Below, piece after piece: positions 10,064 to 20,081 of a stretch of DNA of 64,000 nt (positions are counted from its first letter, which is position 1; each line of letters opens with the position of its first letter). This DNA is from Candidatus Micrarchaeota archaeon (GTDB taxonomy: Archaea; Micrarchaeota; Micrarchaeia; Anstonellales; JAHKLY01): positions 128,001 through 192,000 of the forward strand of contig JAHKLY010000002.1 in NCBI GenBank assembly GCA_020854825.1, given 5' to 3'. The notes under the pieces are model-generated. The model made no database searches. It was not told where the DNA came from and worked only from the letters and a program-made list of their open reading frames with translations. A program made the position numbers and the translations under genes.

Positions 10064-10125
10064 ATGTCAATTCTTTTTTTAAACGAACAAAAGCCTTAAT
10101 AAACTTTATTTACTGAAATACTTCT

Positions 10126-11403
10126 ATGATTGATATAAAATATATAAGAGAACACACAAAAGAAGTGCGTGATAACTTAGCTAAAAGAAAAAATCCAGAG
10201 ATATTAGAGATGTTTGATGAACTAATTGAAAAAGATAAAAAAGAAAGAGAAATGAAAATAGAACTAGATAAAATGCGAAAAAGAAGAAATGATATTTCTA
10301 AAGAAATTAATGAAAAAAAGAAAACAGGAGAGCCAATTGAAGAATTTCTTAAAGAAGTAAAAGAATTACCAGATAAAATAAAACAAGAAGAAGAACAGTA
10401 TGAAAAACTTACAGAAAGAATTACGGAATTAAGAATGAGAATACCTAATATTTTACATGAAAGTGTTCCTTATGGAGAATCTGAAGAAGATAATGTAATT
10501 ATAAAAACTTGGGGAACTCCAAGAAAAAAAGAAGAATGGATGCTGCCACATGCTGATTTAGTAACTATGTTTGATCTTGTTGATACTGATAAGGCTTCTG
10601 AAATATCTGCTTCTAGATTTTATTATTTAAAGGGCGATTTTGTACTATTAGAACAAGCTTTGCTAAGATATGGATTAGATAAAATGGTAAAAAAAGGATT
10701 TATTCCTTTAAATCCCCCATATATGATAAGAAAAGAAATAATTCAAGGTGCAACAGATGCATATAAATTTGGAGAAGATATATACAAGATAGAAGGAGAG
10801 GATTTATATTTAATTGCAACAGCTGAACACGGAATTATTGGATATCATAAAAATGATATTTTACCAGAAAAAGATTTGCCTCTTAAATATGTGGGATTAA
10901 CCCCTTGTTTTAGAAAGGAAGCAGGTTCGCATGGAAAAGATACTAAAGGAATATTTAGAACGCATCAATTTCATAAAGTTGAGATGATAATTTTTTCAAA
11001 ACCAGAAGATTCCTGGAAATTTCATGAAGAACTAATTAAAATTAATCAAGAAATAATGGAAGAATTGGAATTACCATATAGAATAATAAACACATGTACT
11101 GGGGAATTAGGAGTTGTACATTCTAAATTATATGATGTTGAAGCCTGGTTTCCAGTACAAGAACAATATAGAGAGGTAATGTCTTGTACAAATGCGTTAT
11201 CTTATCAAGCAGTAAGATCAAATATACGATATGAAAAAAAAGAAGGAGATAAAGAGTATGTACATATATTAAATGACACAGTTATAGCAGCAGGTAGAAC
11301 GATGACTGCAATAATAGAAAATAATCAACAAAAAGAAGGAAATATTAAAATTCCTAATGTCTTAGTGCCATATATGAATGGAAAAACTGAAATTAAAGCA
11401 TAA
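10126..11403 (+). CDS. serS: serine--tRNA ligase (standard type)
   Basis: N-terminal coiled coil, LIATAE, CFRKEAGSHGKDTKGIFRTHQF, ENNQ. Confidence 0.97.
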   Translation: MIDIKYIREHTKEVRDNLAKRKNPEILEMFDELIEKDKKEREMKIELDKMRKRRNDISKEINEKKKTGEPIEEFLKEVKELPDKIKQEEEQYEKLTERITELRMRIPNILHESVPYGESEEDNVIIKTWGTPRKKEEWMLPHADLVTMFDLVDTDKASEISASRFYYLKGDFVLLEQALLRYGLDKMVKKGFIPLNPPYMIRKEIIQGATDAYKFGEDIYKIEGEDLYLIATAEHGIIGYHKNDILPEKDLPLKYVGLTPCFRKEAGSHGKDTKGIFRTHQFHKVEMIIFSKPEDSWKFHEELIKINQEIMEELELPYRIINTCTGELGVVHSKLYDVEAWFPVQEQYREVMSCTNALSYQAVRSNIRYEKKEGDKEYVHILNDTVIAAGRTMTAIIENNQQKEGNIKIPNVLVPYMNGKTEIKA

Positions 11404-11439
11404 TTACCTTTATATTGATTATCTAAATAAGCATATCCA

Positions 11440-12774
11440 ATGTATGACTATATTATACAAAAATTAGATACAATCAAATGTGATTATTGGGACATAAGAT
11501 TAGAAGACACAAATACTTTATCTTTAAATTTAGAAAATAGTGAATTTAAAGTCCAAAAAAATTATTATGAAGGATTAGGAATTAGAATATTAAACCAAGG
11601 ATCTTGGGGTTTTGCGAGCATAAATCAATTAAATAAATCTTCTTTTGATGAAGCACTATGTCATGCTATTAGATTATCAAAAATTAAATCAAATAAAATT
11701 CAAATCAATAAATATAAAAAACAGAAATATAAAGACAAAAGAAAAGATATTGAAATAGATTTAGAAGTATGGACAAATAGATTAAAAAAGATAGAAAAAA
11801 TAACCAAAGGAAAATATATCATTTCAACAGCTTTTAATTTAATACATAAAGATACTTATTCTATATTCCTTAACTCTGAAGGATCATCAATTTCACAAAA
11901 AGATAATTTCTCTTATTGCGGACCTAGGATTATTGCAAAAAAAGGAAAAATATTACAGAGTTGGACTGACAGACAAGGAAAACTTGGAATTATTGAAAAG
12001 TTAGATAATCTAGAGGATATGGCAATTAATGCAAAAAACAAAGTTATCAATTTATTAAATGCAAAACCTTGTCCTAAGGGAATTCAAAATGTTATATTAG
12101 ATCCACAAATGGTGGGGGTTTTTTGTCATGAAGCAATAGGTCATGCAGCAGAAGCAGATATAATTTCAAAGGGGGATTCAATTTTAGAAAAATTAATTGG
12201 AAAACAGATTGGAAACAATGAAGTTACTATAATTGATTCACCAAATGAAAAAAACGGATTTGGTAACATTAATTATGATTCAGAGGGAGTTAAAGCAAAA
12301 AAAGTAGTAATAATAAAAAAAGGCATTGTTAATTCATTTTTACATTCAAGAGAAACATCTAAAAAGTCAAATGAAAAACTAACTGGAAATGCAAGAGCAT
12401 CAAATTATAATAATTTCCCAATAGTTAGAATGAGAAATACTGTAATGTTACCTGGAAAACATTCAAAAGAAGACGTATTTGACCTAAAAACTGGAGTATA
12501 TCTTAAAGGAATGAAAGGAGGACAAGTTAAAACATTAGATGGAAAATTTATGTTTGCTGCTAGAGAAGCTTATAATATTAAAAATGGAGAAATACAAGAA
12601 CAATTAAGAGATGTTTCAATTTCAGGCAATATAACAAATACCTTATATCATATTGAAGCGATTGGAAAAGATTATGACCCAACAGGTGTTGGTTTCTGTG
12701 GAAAAGATGGACAAAGTATAAGAGCAGGAGATGGTGGGCCGCATATCAGAATAAAAAATATATTACTGGGTTGA
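11440..12774 (+). CDS. tldD: TldD metalloprotease
   Basis: HEAIGHAAEAD, YDSEG, TGNAR, RMRNT, CGKDGQ. Confidence 0.93.
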   Translation: MYDYIIQKLDTIKCDYWDIRLEDTNTLSLNLENSEFKVQKNYYEGLGIRILNQGSWGFASINQLNKSSFDEALCHAIRLSKIKSNKIQINKYKKQKYKDKRKDIEIDLEVWTNRLKKIEKITKGKYIISTAFNLIHKDTYSIFLNSEGSSISQKDNFSYCGPRIIAKKGKILQSWTDRQGKLGIIEKLDNLEDMAINAKNKVINLLNAKPCPKGIQNVILDPQMVGVFCHEAIGHAAEADIISKGDSILEKLIGKQIGNNEVTIIDSPNEKNGFGNINYDSEGVKAKKVVIIKKGIVNSFLHSRETSKKSNEKLTGNARASNYNNFPIVRMRNTVMLPGKHSKEDVFDLKTGVYLKGMKGGQVKTLDGKFMFAAREAYNIKNGEIQEQLRDVSISGNITNTLYHIEAIGKDYDPTGVGFCGKDGQSIRAGDGGPHIRIKNILLG

Positions 12775-12778
12775 TTAA

Positions 12779-14044
12779 ATGATTGAAGAAATATTAAAAA
12801 AATTAAAAAAATATAACATAAAAGATTATGAAATATTTAATTCAACTAATAGTATTACTTCTATTGATACAGATAAAACTAATTTCGATAAAAAAGAATT
12901 TGAATATGACGAAGGATATGGATTAAGAATATTAAAAAACAATAAAATAACTTTTACATATTTTTCAGATAAAAATCATATTGAAAGTTCTATTCAAAAT
13001 GCATTAAAAATTATAAAAATAAAACCTAAACTCCATAATTTTACATTTAATAATAAAAACCCCAAAATAAAAGTTAAAACATATGATAAAAAAATAATTG
13101 ATCTTGATGAAAAAGATATAAAAGAACTAATTAAAGATATGATTCAAAATATTAAATATACTCCAATAAGTTGTTCTGTAATTAAAAATATTTCAGAGGT
13201 TAGAATAATTAATTCAGAAGGATTAGACTGTTCTCAAAAAGAAACAAGTTTACTTGCTTTCGCTTATTGTTCAAAAGAGGGACAAACAGGTTCAGAATTT
13301 TATGAATCATATAAATATGATAGAAATACTATTTTAAATTTATCAAAAATAGCTTCTAAAAAAGCAAACCAAAAAACAAAACAAATATCTTCTGTTAAAT
13401 TACCTGTGATATTGGAAGATGACGCTCTGATTAATATAATTGATAATTTATTTTTAACACAAATAACTGGAGATAAAAAACACCATAACTCTTCTTATTT
13501 AATAGGAAAAGAAAATATGAATATTGCATCTAATAATTTAACTATTTACGAAGACCCCTTTTGTGAAGGTCATTCAAAAACAAACTTTGATGGTGAAGGA
13601 ATAGAAGATGATATTTCTGTATTAATAGATAAAGGAAAATTTACTGGGTTTGTTTATGATAAAGAAACAGCTGCTTTAAGTAAGGTAGATAAAAAAGGCT
13701 TTTGTTCTAGATCAAATTATACACAATATCCAACTATTGGTTACTCAAATATACTAATCAAACCTGGTAAGACAAAAAATTTAGAAGAAATACATAGGGA
13801 ATATGTTGTTATTAATAATTTGTTTGGATTTCATACTGTTAATACAACAACAGGTGATTTTAGTTTAATAATAGGAAATGGATACCTTGTAAAGAATAAT
13901 AAAAAACAATTTATTCAAGGCAATATCTTATCGGGTAACACTTATGCGCTTCTTAAAAATATTCAAGATATTGAAAAATCATTAAAAATGAAAGGCAGTT
14001 ATATTGTTCCACGCATTCTAGTAAAAGGTCTAACTATATCTTAA
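12779..14044 (+). CDS. pmbA: PmbA/TldE partner subunit
   Basis: FDGEG and GFHTVNTTTGDFS motifs, no HExxH, directly follows tldD. Confidence 0.9.
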   Translation: MIEEILKKLKKYNIKDYEIFNSTNSITSIDTDKTNFDKKEFEYDEGYGLRILKNNKITFTYFSDKNHIESSIQNALKIIKIKPKLHNFTFNNKNPKIKVKTYDKKIIDLDEKDIKELIKDMIQNIKYTPISCSVIKNISEVRIINSEGLDCSQKETSLLAFAYCSKEGQTGSEFYESYKYDRNTILNLSKIASKKANQKTKQISSVKLPVILEDDALINIIDNLFLTQITGDKKHHNSSYLIGKENMNIASNNLTIYEDPFCEGHSKTNFDGEGIEDDISVLIDKGKFTGFVYDKETAALSKVDKKGFCSRSNYTQYPTIGYSNILIKPGKTKNLEEIHREYVVINNLFGFHTVNTTTGDFSLIIGNGYLVKNNKKQFIQGNILSGNTYALLKNIQDIEKSLKMKGSYIVPRILVKGLTIS

Positions 14045-14128
14045 TATTTAAAAAGGGCTCTATATATTAATTATATACAGTAATGGATATTAAATTAACA
14101 TATTATTTAGTATTAATTTGGTGTGTAA

Positions 14129-16189
14129 ATGGAAGATTATAAATCAACTGAAGAGATTAAAGTTCCTGAGAAATTAATAGATCAAATAATAGGGCAAGAA
14201 AAAGCTGTTGAAATAGTTAAAAAAGCAGCTAAACAACGAAGAAATGTCCTATTAATAGGTAGTCCAGGAACAGGCAAATCAATGTTAGCACAAGCTATGG
14301 CAGAATTAATGCCAGCAGAAGATTTAGAAGATGTTTTATGTTATCCAAACAAAGTAGATGAAAATAATCCTAAGATTGTTGTTGTTAAAACTTATCCTCC
14401 AAAAGAAGAAATAGAAAAAGATCCCAAATTAAAGTCACTTTATCATAATGATTTAATATTAGCTAAAAGTAAAAAAATGCTAAAAGATATGGAAAGTAAA
14501 GTTAAAACTGAAAAAGATAAGAAAAGGATAGAAGAAGAAAAAAAGAAATTAGAAAAAAAAGAAGATATAGGACAAGGAAGAAAAATTTTAAATTTAACAC
14601 AAAGAGTAAGAGGAAGCCCTTCTTCAGATAAAGGTCCAAATCCATTATTAGTCGTTATTTTAATAGCAATAATAGCAATTATTGCCTTGTATATGACAAA
14701 TGCATTACAAGATGATTCTAAATGGTTCATTTTAGCTTTTATTTTCGGATTAGGATTTATGTATTTCTTATTTAGTTTTTCAAGTAGATTAAGTTTAAGA
14801 ATGGGTATTGGAGGTTTTGGAACTGATGATCCAAAATTAATAGTTGATAATTCAGGAAAAAGAACAGCACCTTTTGAAGATGCAACAGGAGCAAAATCAG
14901 GAGCTTTATTAGGCGACGTCCGACATGATCCCTTGCAAAGCGGTGGGTTAGGAACTCCTCCACATTTAAGAGTAGAAGCAGGAGCAATACATATGGCAAA
15001 TAAAGGAGTTTTGTTTATGGATGAAGTTACTTCATTAACAAAACACTTTCAACAGGAATTATTAACTGCAATGCAAGAAAAAAAATATCCTATTACTGGA
15101 CAAAGTGAAATGTCTTCAGGAGCAATTGTTAAAACAGAACCTGTCCCATGTGATTTTGTTTTAGTAGCAGCAGGAAATGTTCCAGATATACAAACTATGC
15201 ACCCTGCATTAAGATCAAGAATTCGTGGTGCAGGATATGAAATCTATGTTGAAGATCATATGGATGATACTTTAGAAAATGAAGAAAAATTAGTTAAATT
15301 TGTAGCACAAGAAGTTAAAAAAGATAAAAAAATACCTCATTTTACAAAAGAAGCTGTAAATGAAGTAATAAATGAAGCAAGAAGAAAAAGTACTAAAAAA
15401 CATTCATTTACTTTGAATTTAAGAGAATTAGGAGGAATTGTTCGTGCTGCAGGAGATATGGCAAGAGAAGAAAATGCACAATATGTTTTACCTGAACATG
15501 TTAAAAAAGCTAAAAAAATATCAGGAACATTAGAACAACAAATAGCTGAACAATATATTGAATTAAAGAAAAGTTACAAAGTTTTTCAAACAAAAGGTTA
15601 TGAGATAGGCCGCGTAAATGGATTAGCTGTTTTAGGAGATCCTTCTTCAGGATTAGTATTACCAATTGTAGCTGAAGTTACGCCCTCATTTGGAAAAGGA
15701 ACTGGTAGATTTATTGCTACTGGTAAATTAGGAACTATTGCTAAAGAAGCCGTAGATAATGTTTCTGCAATTATTAAAAAACACGTTAAAAAAGATATGT
15801 CTAAAAAAGATGTTCACATACAATTTTTACAAACTTATGAAGGAGTAGAAGGAGATTCTGCATCTATTGCTGTTGCAGTATCAGTTATATCAGCAATGGA
15901 ATCTATACCTATTGATCAAACAATAGGTATGACTGGTTCATTATCAGTACGTGGAGAAGTACTCCCAGTAGGTGGTATAACAGGCAAAGTACAAGCGTGT
16001 GTTGAAGCAGGATTAGAAAAAATTATAATACCAAAATCTAATTTTGAAGATGTTTATACATCTAAAGAAGATAAAAAGAAAATACAAATAATTCCTGTAG
16101 AAAGTATCAGTGATGTTCTAAAACATGTTTTGAAAAAAGGCGCCAAAACAACTAAATTTATCAAAGGAATAAAAAACAATAAGAAATAA
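14129..16189 (+). CDS. lonB: membrane-anchored ATP-dependent protease LonB
   Basis: GSPGTGKS, two TM helices, [18 protein letters not shown], and the catalytic Ser-Lys dyad region EGDSAS...PVGGITGK. Confidence 0.96.
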   Translation: MEDYKSTEEIKVPEKLIDQIIGQEKAVEIVKKAAKQRRNVLLIGSPGTGKSMLAQAMAELMPAEDLEDVLCYPNKVDENNPKIVVVKTYPPKEEIEKDPKLKSLYHNDLILAKSKKMLKDMESKVKTEKDKKRIEEEKKKLEKKEDIGQGRKILNLTQRVRGSPSSDKGPNPLLVVILIAIIAIIALYMTNALQDDSKWFILAFIFGLGFMYFLFSFSSRLSLRMGIGGFGTDDPKLIVDNSGKRTAPFEDATGAKSGALLGDVRHDPLQSGGLGTPPHLRVEAGAIHMANKGVLFMDEVTSLTKHFQQELLTAMQEKKYPITGQSEMSSGAIVKTEPVPCDFVLVAAGNVPDIQTMHPALRSRIRGAGYEIYVEDHMDDTLENEEKLVKFVAQEVKKDKKIPHFTKEAVNEVINEARRKSTKKHSFTLNLRELGGIVRAAGDMAREENAQYVLPEHVKKAKKISGTLEQQIAEQYIELKKSYKVFQTKGYEIGRVNGLAVLGDPSSGLVLPIVAEVTPSFGKGTGRFIATGKLGTIAKEAVDNVSAIIKKHVKKDMSKKDVHIQFLQTYEGVEGDSASIAVAVSVISAMESIPIDQTIGMTGSLSVRGEVLPVGGITGKVQACVEAGLEKIIIPKSNFEDVYTSKEDKKKIQIIPVESISDVLKHVLKKGAKTTKFIKGIKNNKK

Positions 16190-16192
16190 TAT

Positions 16193-17404
16193 TTAAAAAT
16201 GACTTAAAAATATATAAAATGGTAGTTTAAAAACATCTTTATTTTGTATTTCTACCCCTTCAAAAACAATAATTTTTTTCCCTTTAAAATCAATTTCTTT
16301 AAATTGTTTTAAATCTTTATTTTGCCCACCTATTTCAAATAATGTATTTTTCCATACAAAATCTGGTCCTGTTTTTAAATAATATAATTCTTCAGTATGC
16401 ATTGCAAAAAGATCTTCTTTAGATAATCTAATAGCCCTTTCTTTTTCTCCTAATAAATCTAAAAGTACCATCCTTATAACTGGAGAGACAAATAATACTT
16501 TTGGTTCTTTTCTTATTTTTGATTTTCCTTTTTTGTATATTTGTGCTTTATGTATAACACTTGCTTTTTCAAGATAATCAATCATTTTTATAATAGTGCC
16601 TTTACCCACATTTAGATCATTGGCTAATGCATCATAACTTATTTTTTCTGAAAGAGCTAAAAGTTTTAATAAAGGCCAAAATTTAGATAAAACTTCCTCA
16701 TTAAAAGAACTAGTTCCCCCAATATCTTCATAAATTATTCTTTGTAATAAATCTAAAATAGTTGATGTTGGTTTTTCTAATAAATATGGGATATTCATTT
16801 CTTTATATTCTAAAATTATTTCATTTATATTTTTTAATTTATCCCTTGCATCTAATTCAGTTTTCATTGCTTCGGTAAATAAATCTTTAGAAAATAAATT
16901 AAATTTTCTTATTTTTATATTATGCTTTAGTTCTAAAAATTCATTAAAAGTTAAAGGTTTTAAATTTATGAATACTGCTCTCCTAGCAAGTGTTCTTCTA
17001 GCTTCTTGAAGATTAACAGCAGAAGAACCAGTTACTATTATTCTTATTTTTGGGTACATATCAGAAAATACTTTTAATTCTTTATCCCAATTTTTTAATT
17101 TAGTAATTTCATCAATAAATAAATAGCCTTCTCTAAAAAAATGTTTTTGTATTGAAATTAAATCTTTTATTGTATATCCTGCCATATTTAGATGTTCTCC
17201 ATGAAGTGCTAATCTATCTCCTTTTACTTCTAAATATTTTTGTGCGAGTAATGTTGTTTTTCCCGTTCCTCGTAATCCATATAGTATAATAATATTTGAT
17301 TTGTTTAATTGAGGATATATTTCTCTTTTAAACGGCTGATTTTTATCTTTAAACAATTCTTCTAATAAGTATTTTTCCTCTTTAAAAAATTGTATAGTTT
17401 CCAT
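16193..17404 (-). CDS. AAA_14/DUF4143-type ATPase (P-loop plus winged helix)
   Basis: GLRGTGKTT, LFIDEI, IVTGSS, L.PLTF.EF, and HTH-like YDALANDLNVGKGTIIKMIDYLE. Confidence 0.85.
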   Translation of the reverse strand: METIQFFKEEKYLLEELFKDKNQPFKREIYPQLNKSNIIILYGLRGTGKTTLLAQKYLEVKGDRLALHGEHLNMAGYTIKDLISIQKHFFREGYLFIDEITKLKNWDKELKVFSDMYPKIRIIVTGSSAVNLQEARRTLARRAVFINLKPLTFNEFLELKHNIKIRKFNLFSKDLFTEAMKTELDARDKLKNINEIILEYKEMNIPYLLEKPTSTILDLLQRIIYEDIGGTSSFNEEVLSKFWPLLKLLALSEKISYDALANDLNVGKGTIIKMIDYLEKASVIHKAQIYKKGKSKIRKEPKVLFVSPVIRMVLLDLLGEKERAIRLSKEDLFAMHTEELYYLKTGPDFVWKNTLFEIGGQNKDLKQFKEIDFKGKKIIVFEGVEIQNKDVFKLPFYIFLSHF

Positions 17405-17437
17405 ATATTAGTTAATGGTGTGAATGTTTTTAAAGGT

Positions 17438-17489
17438 TTGGTCAAAGTTTTGACCGATTTTGCTTGTTTTCGGTCAATCTTTTGACTAA
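17438..17489. promoter_or_regulatory. two 20-bp imperfect palindromes, 32-bp period, abutting the promoter of ATPase 16193-17404
   Basis: TTGGTCAA-AGTT-TTGACCGA (17438-17457) and TCGGTCAA-TCTT-TTGACTAA (17470-17489). Minus-strand TATA-like TTTAAAAA at 17434-17427. Confidence 0.8.
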
Positions 17490-17632
17490 GATAAAATTAA
17501 TTAGTTATTTTTCCTCTTAATATATCTAAATCAGGACATGCATCTTTACCTTTATTTACTCCTATCCATTTATCTTCACCTTGATCTGCATAATAGCATT
17601 TCAATCCTCCATTTATTTCTTAATTGTCAGAA

Positions 17633-17926
17633 TTATATTTTTAATATACTTTTAATAATTGTAAAGATTTCTGTCATTTCTTTTTCATCTATTTCTTCTT
17701 TATATTTTTCAGGTTCAAGTTCTTTTAAAATTGCAAGATAATCACTTTCATATTGGGTTTTTAAGCAATGAAAATATATTGCAGACATATATCCACCAGG
17801 CCCATTTATTATCCAATTTTCTAATTTTCTAAGCTGTTGCATATCATGACGCATGTCCCCATCAAAAGGAATCTCTCTAAATAGATTTTTTAGATATTTA
17901 GATTCAAACTTAATTTTATATCTCAT
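17633..17926 (-). CDS. hypothetical protein
   Basis: 97-codon ORF with SD-like GAGGCGA upstream. Confidence 0.55.
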   Translation of the reverse strand: MRYKIKFESKYLKNLFREIPFDGDMRHDMQQLRKLENWIINGPGGYMSAIYFHCLKTQYESDYLAILKELEPEKYKEEIDEKEMTEIFTIIKSILKI

Positions 17927-17992
17927 TTATATCGCCTCACACAAACCTTTATAATTCTCTTTATATAAATATTCTTGAATAAAATATTCTGA

Positions 17993-18550
17993 TTGGAATA
18001 TGGTGAATATATGCTACCTGAACTTAAACAATTAATTATCTCGCTCAAGCAAAAGAGAAAACAGTTAGATTTATCTCAAAATGAACTAGCCAAAAAATCA
18101 GGAGTTTCTCAATCTTTAATAGCCAAACTTGAATCAAACAAAGTAGTGCCAAGCTATAATGCAATTCAAAAAATAGAAAACACATTGGAAATGATATTGT
18201 ATGAAAAAGAAAAGAAAGTCGCTGATATAATGCACTCTCCAATACTTTCTGTTGACGCCGGCGACACTGCTGAAAAGGCAGCAGGGATAATGAAAAAGCA
18301 TGACTACTCGCAGATCCCTGTTAAAAAAAACAGTGAATTTGTAGGAAGCATATCTGAAAGAGAGCTAATCAGTGTAAATAAGAATGTAAAAACATTGGAT
18401 ATAATGGGGCCATTATTTGATATTGTGAGTTGGGACACACCCATTTCATCTATTAAAGCAATGTTTAAAGATAGAAACAAGAAGGCAATTCTAATCCGAA
18501 ATAAAAAAGGAGAAATAAAAGGAATTGTCACTACTCAGGATTTAATTTGA
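17993..18550 (+). CDS. XRE-family HTH plus CBS-pair transcriptional regulator (start probably ATG at 18011)
   Basis: LSQNELAKKSGVSQSLIAKLES (HTH) followed by CBS motifs IMHSPI...YSQIPV...GSISE. Confidence 0.9.
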   Translation: MEYGEYMLPELKQLIISLKQKRKQLDLSQNELAKKSGVSQSLIAKLESNKVVPSYNAIQKIENTLEMILYEKEKKVADIMHSPILSVDAGDTAEKAAGIMKKHDYSQIPVKKNSEFVGSISERELISVNKNVKTLDIMGPLFDIVSWDTPISSIKAMFKDRNKKAILIRNKKGEIKGIVTTQDLI

Positions 18551-18555
18551 TAATT

Positions 18556-18639
18556 TTGTTTCCTTTAAGAAACAAGTTATACAGTATTTGTTTCCTTTAA
18601 GAAACAAAAAGAACTTATTTTGTTTCCTTTAGGAAACAA
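18556..18639. repeat. three 20-bp palindromic repeats TTGTTTCC-TTTA-(A/G)GAAACAA with a 32-bp period
   Basis: Copies at 18556-18575, 18588-18607 and 18620-18639 with different 12-bp spacers, directly upstream of ATPase 18653-19933. Confidence 0.92.
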
Positions 18640-18652
18640 TTAAAAACTTATC

Positions 18653-19933
18653 GTGTATATATTTATTATGCAATCAATGAAAAATGAAATTAAAAAGATA
18701 ATTTTAGAATTTCAACAAAATGGAATCCCTGACTTTATTTCTAGGGAAACAAAAATCTCCTCATTATTAAAAACAGGTATGGCACTTATTATTACTGGTC
18801 CCCGTAGAGCGGGAAAATCATATTTAATGTTTCAATTGATGAAAGAAACAAAACTTCCTATGGAACAGATCGTATATATAAATTTTGAAGATAATAGATT
18901 GGCAGAATTTAATTATAAAAATTTTGAAGATATTATAGATGCATATAAAGAATTATCAGAGTTAAAACCTGTTTTCTTCTTAGATGAAATCCATATCATT
19001 GATAAATGGTGGCTTTTTATAAGACGTCTTGTAGATCAAAAATATGTTGTTTGTATAACCGGCTCAAATGCAAAATTATTAAGTAAAGAATATGCAACAC
19101 ATCTTGCTGGAAGAGGAATTGAACATTTACAATTACCTCTTACATTTACAGAATATTTAAAATTTAAGAAGATTAAAAAACCAGATAAAAATATTCTTTT
19201 TTCTAATAAAAGATTTGAAATTAATAATTTATTTAAAGATTATTTAATATATGGTGGTTTTCCTTCAGTTGTACTGTCAGAAGAAAACCAAAAAAAAATA
19301 CTTAACAGTTATTTTAATACAGTTGTATATAGAGATATTATTACCAGATACAACATAACTGATGAAGGAGCATTTAATATTTTTTTAAAAAAACTTGCAG
19401 AAAATATTGGTAATCCATTTAAATATGCGGGTATTGAAAGACTTATGCATCAGGTAGGATTAGATATAACCCGTAAAACATTGATAAATTATTCACAATA
19501 TGCAAATAATGCATTTTTTATATTCAAATCTATAGATATTCGTTCATCAGTTAAAAGAAGAGAAATGGAAAGAAAAATTTATCTAGTAGATAATGGATAT
19601 CTCCATTTATTCTATTCAGATAATGATTTAGGTAAACCATTAGAAAATGCGGTGGCTATCTGGATTTATAACCATTATAAAGAATTAAATTATTTCAGAG
19701 AAAATGAAGAAATTGATTTTATTCTTCCAAATGGTATACCTATTCAAGTGTGTTGCGATACAACAAACGAAAGAGAAATAAAGTCTCTATTAAAATATAT
19801 GGAGTATAGTAAGCAAAAAAAAGGATATATAATAACTCTAGATGAAGATAAAATTATTAAAGAAAATAATATTGAGATCCACATACTTCCAGCATATTAT
19901 GCATTTCTATATCCTGAAAATATATTAAAATAA
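18653..19933 (+). CDS. AAA_14/DUF4143-type ATPase (start probably ATG at 18668 or 18677)
   Basis: GPRRAGKS, YINFED.R, LDEIH, TGSNAKLLS.E..T.LAGR, GGFP, KIYLVDNG, EN.V, EIDF...IQV. Confidence 0.92.
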   Translation: MYIFIMQSMKNEIKKIILEFQQNGIPDFISRETKISSLLKTGMALIITGPRRAGKSYLMFQLMKETKLPMEQIVYINFEDNRLAEFNYKNFEDIIDAYKELSELKPVFFLDEIHIIDKWWLFIRRLVDQKYVVCITGSNAKLLSKEYATHLAGRGIEHLQLPLTFTEYLKFKKIKKPDKNILFSNKRFEINNLFKDYLIYGGFPSVVLSEENQKKILNSYFNTVVYRDIITRYNITDEGAFNIFLKKLAENIGNPFKYAGIERLMHQVGLDITRKTLINYSQYANNAFFIFKSIDIRSSVKRREMERKIYLVDNGYLHLFYSDNDLGKPLENAVAIWIYNHYKELNYFRENEEIDFILPNGIPIQVCCDTTNEREIKSLLKYMEYSKQKKGYIITLDEDKIIKENNIEIHILPAYYAFLYPENILK

Positions 19934-20081
19934 TTATGCAATCAAATACAATTGAACCTTTCACTAAAAATAGGTTTAGTTAACTTTCATTAATTTAAAT
20001 TAAACATAGTTTCCTTTTTGAGAAAGAAACTTTTAATAAATAATCTCCTTTTAAAAAACTTCGATATTAAATATAAATAAA

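Noticed and set aside
9986-10099. Ser-sensing leader peptide for serS attenuation
   Set aside because: The 37-codon frame has only one Ser codon. RNA structure explains the base composition better.
17497-17620. Short minus-strand open frame (...GGLKCYYADQGEDKWIGVNKGKDACPDLDILRGKITN*) as a continuation of ORF 17633-17926
   Set aside because: Separated by stop codons and lacking a convincing start. It may be a gene remnant, but this cannot be supported from the sequence alone.
18556-18639. CRISPR mini-array interpretation of the three repeats
   Set aside because: The spacers are only 12 bp and the repeats 20 bp, and there are no cas genes. The Cas4-like domain nearby is part of a UvrD fusion.
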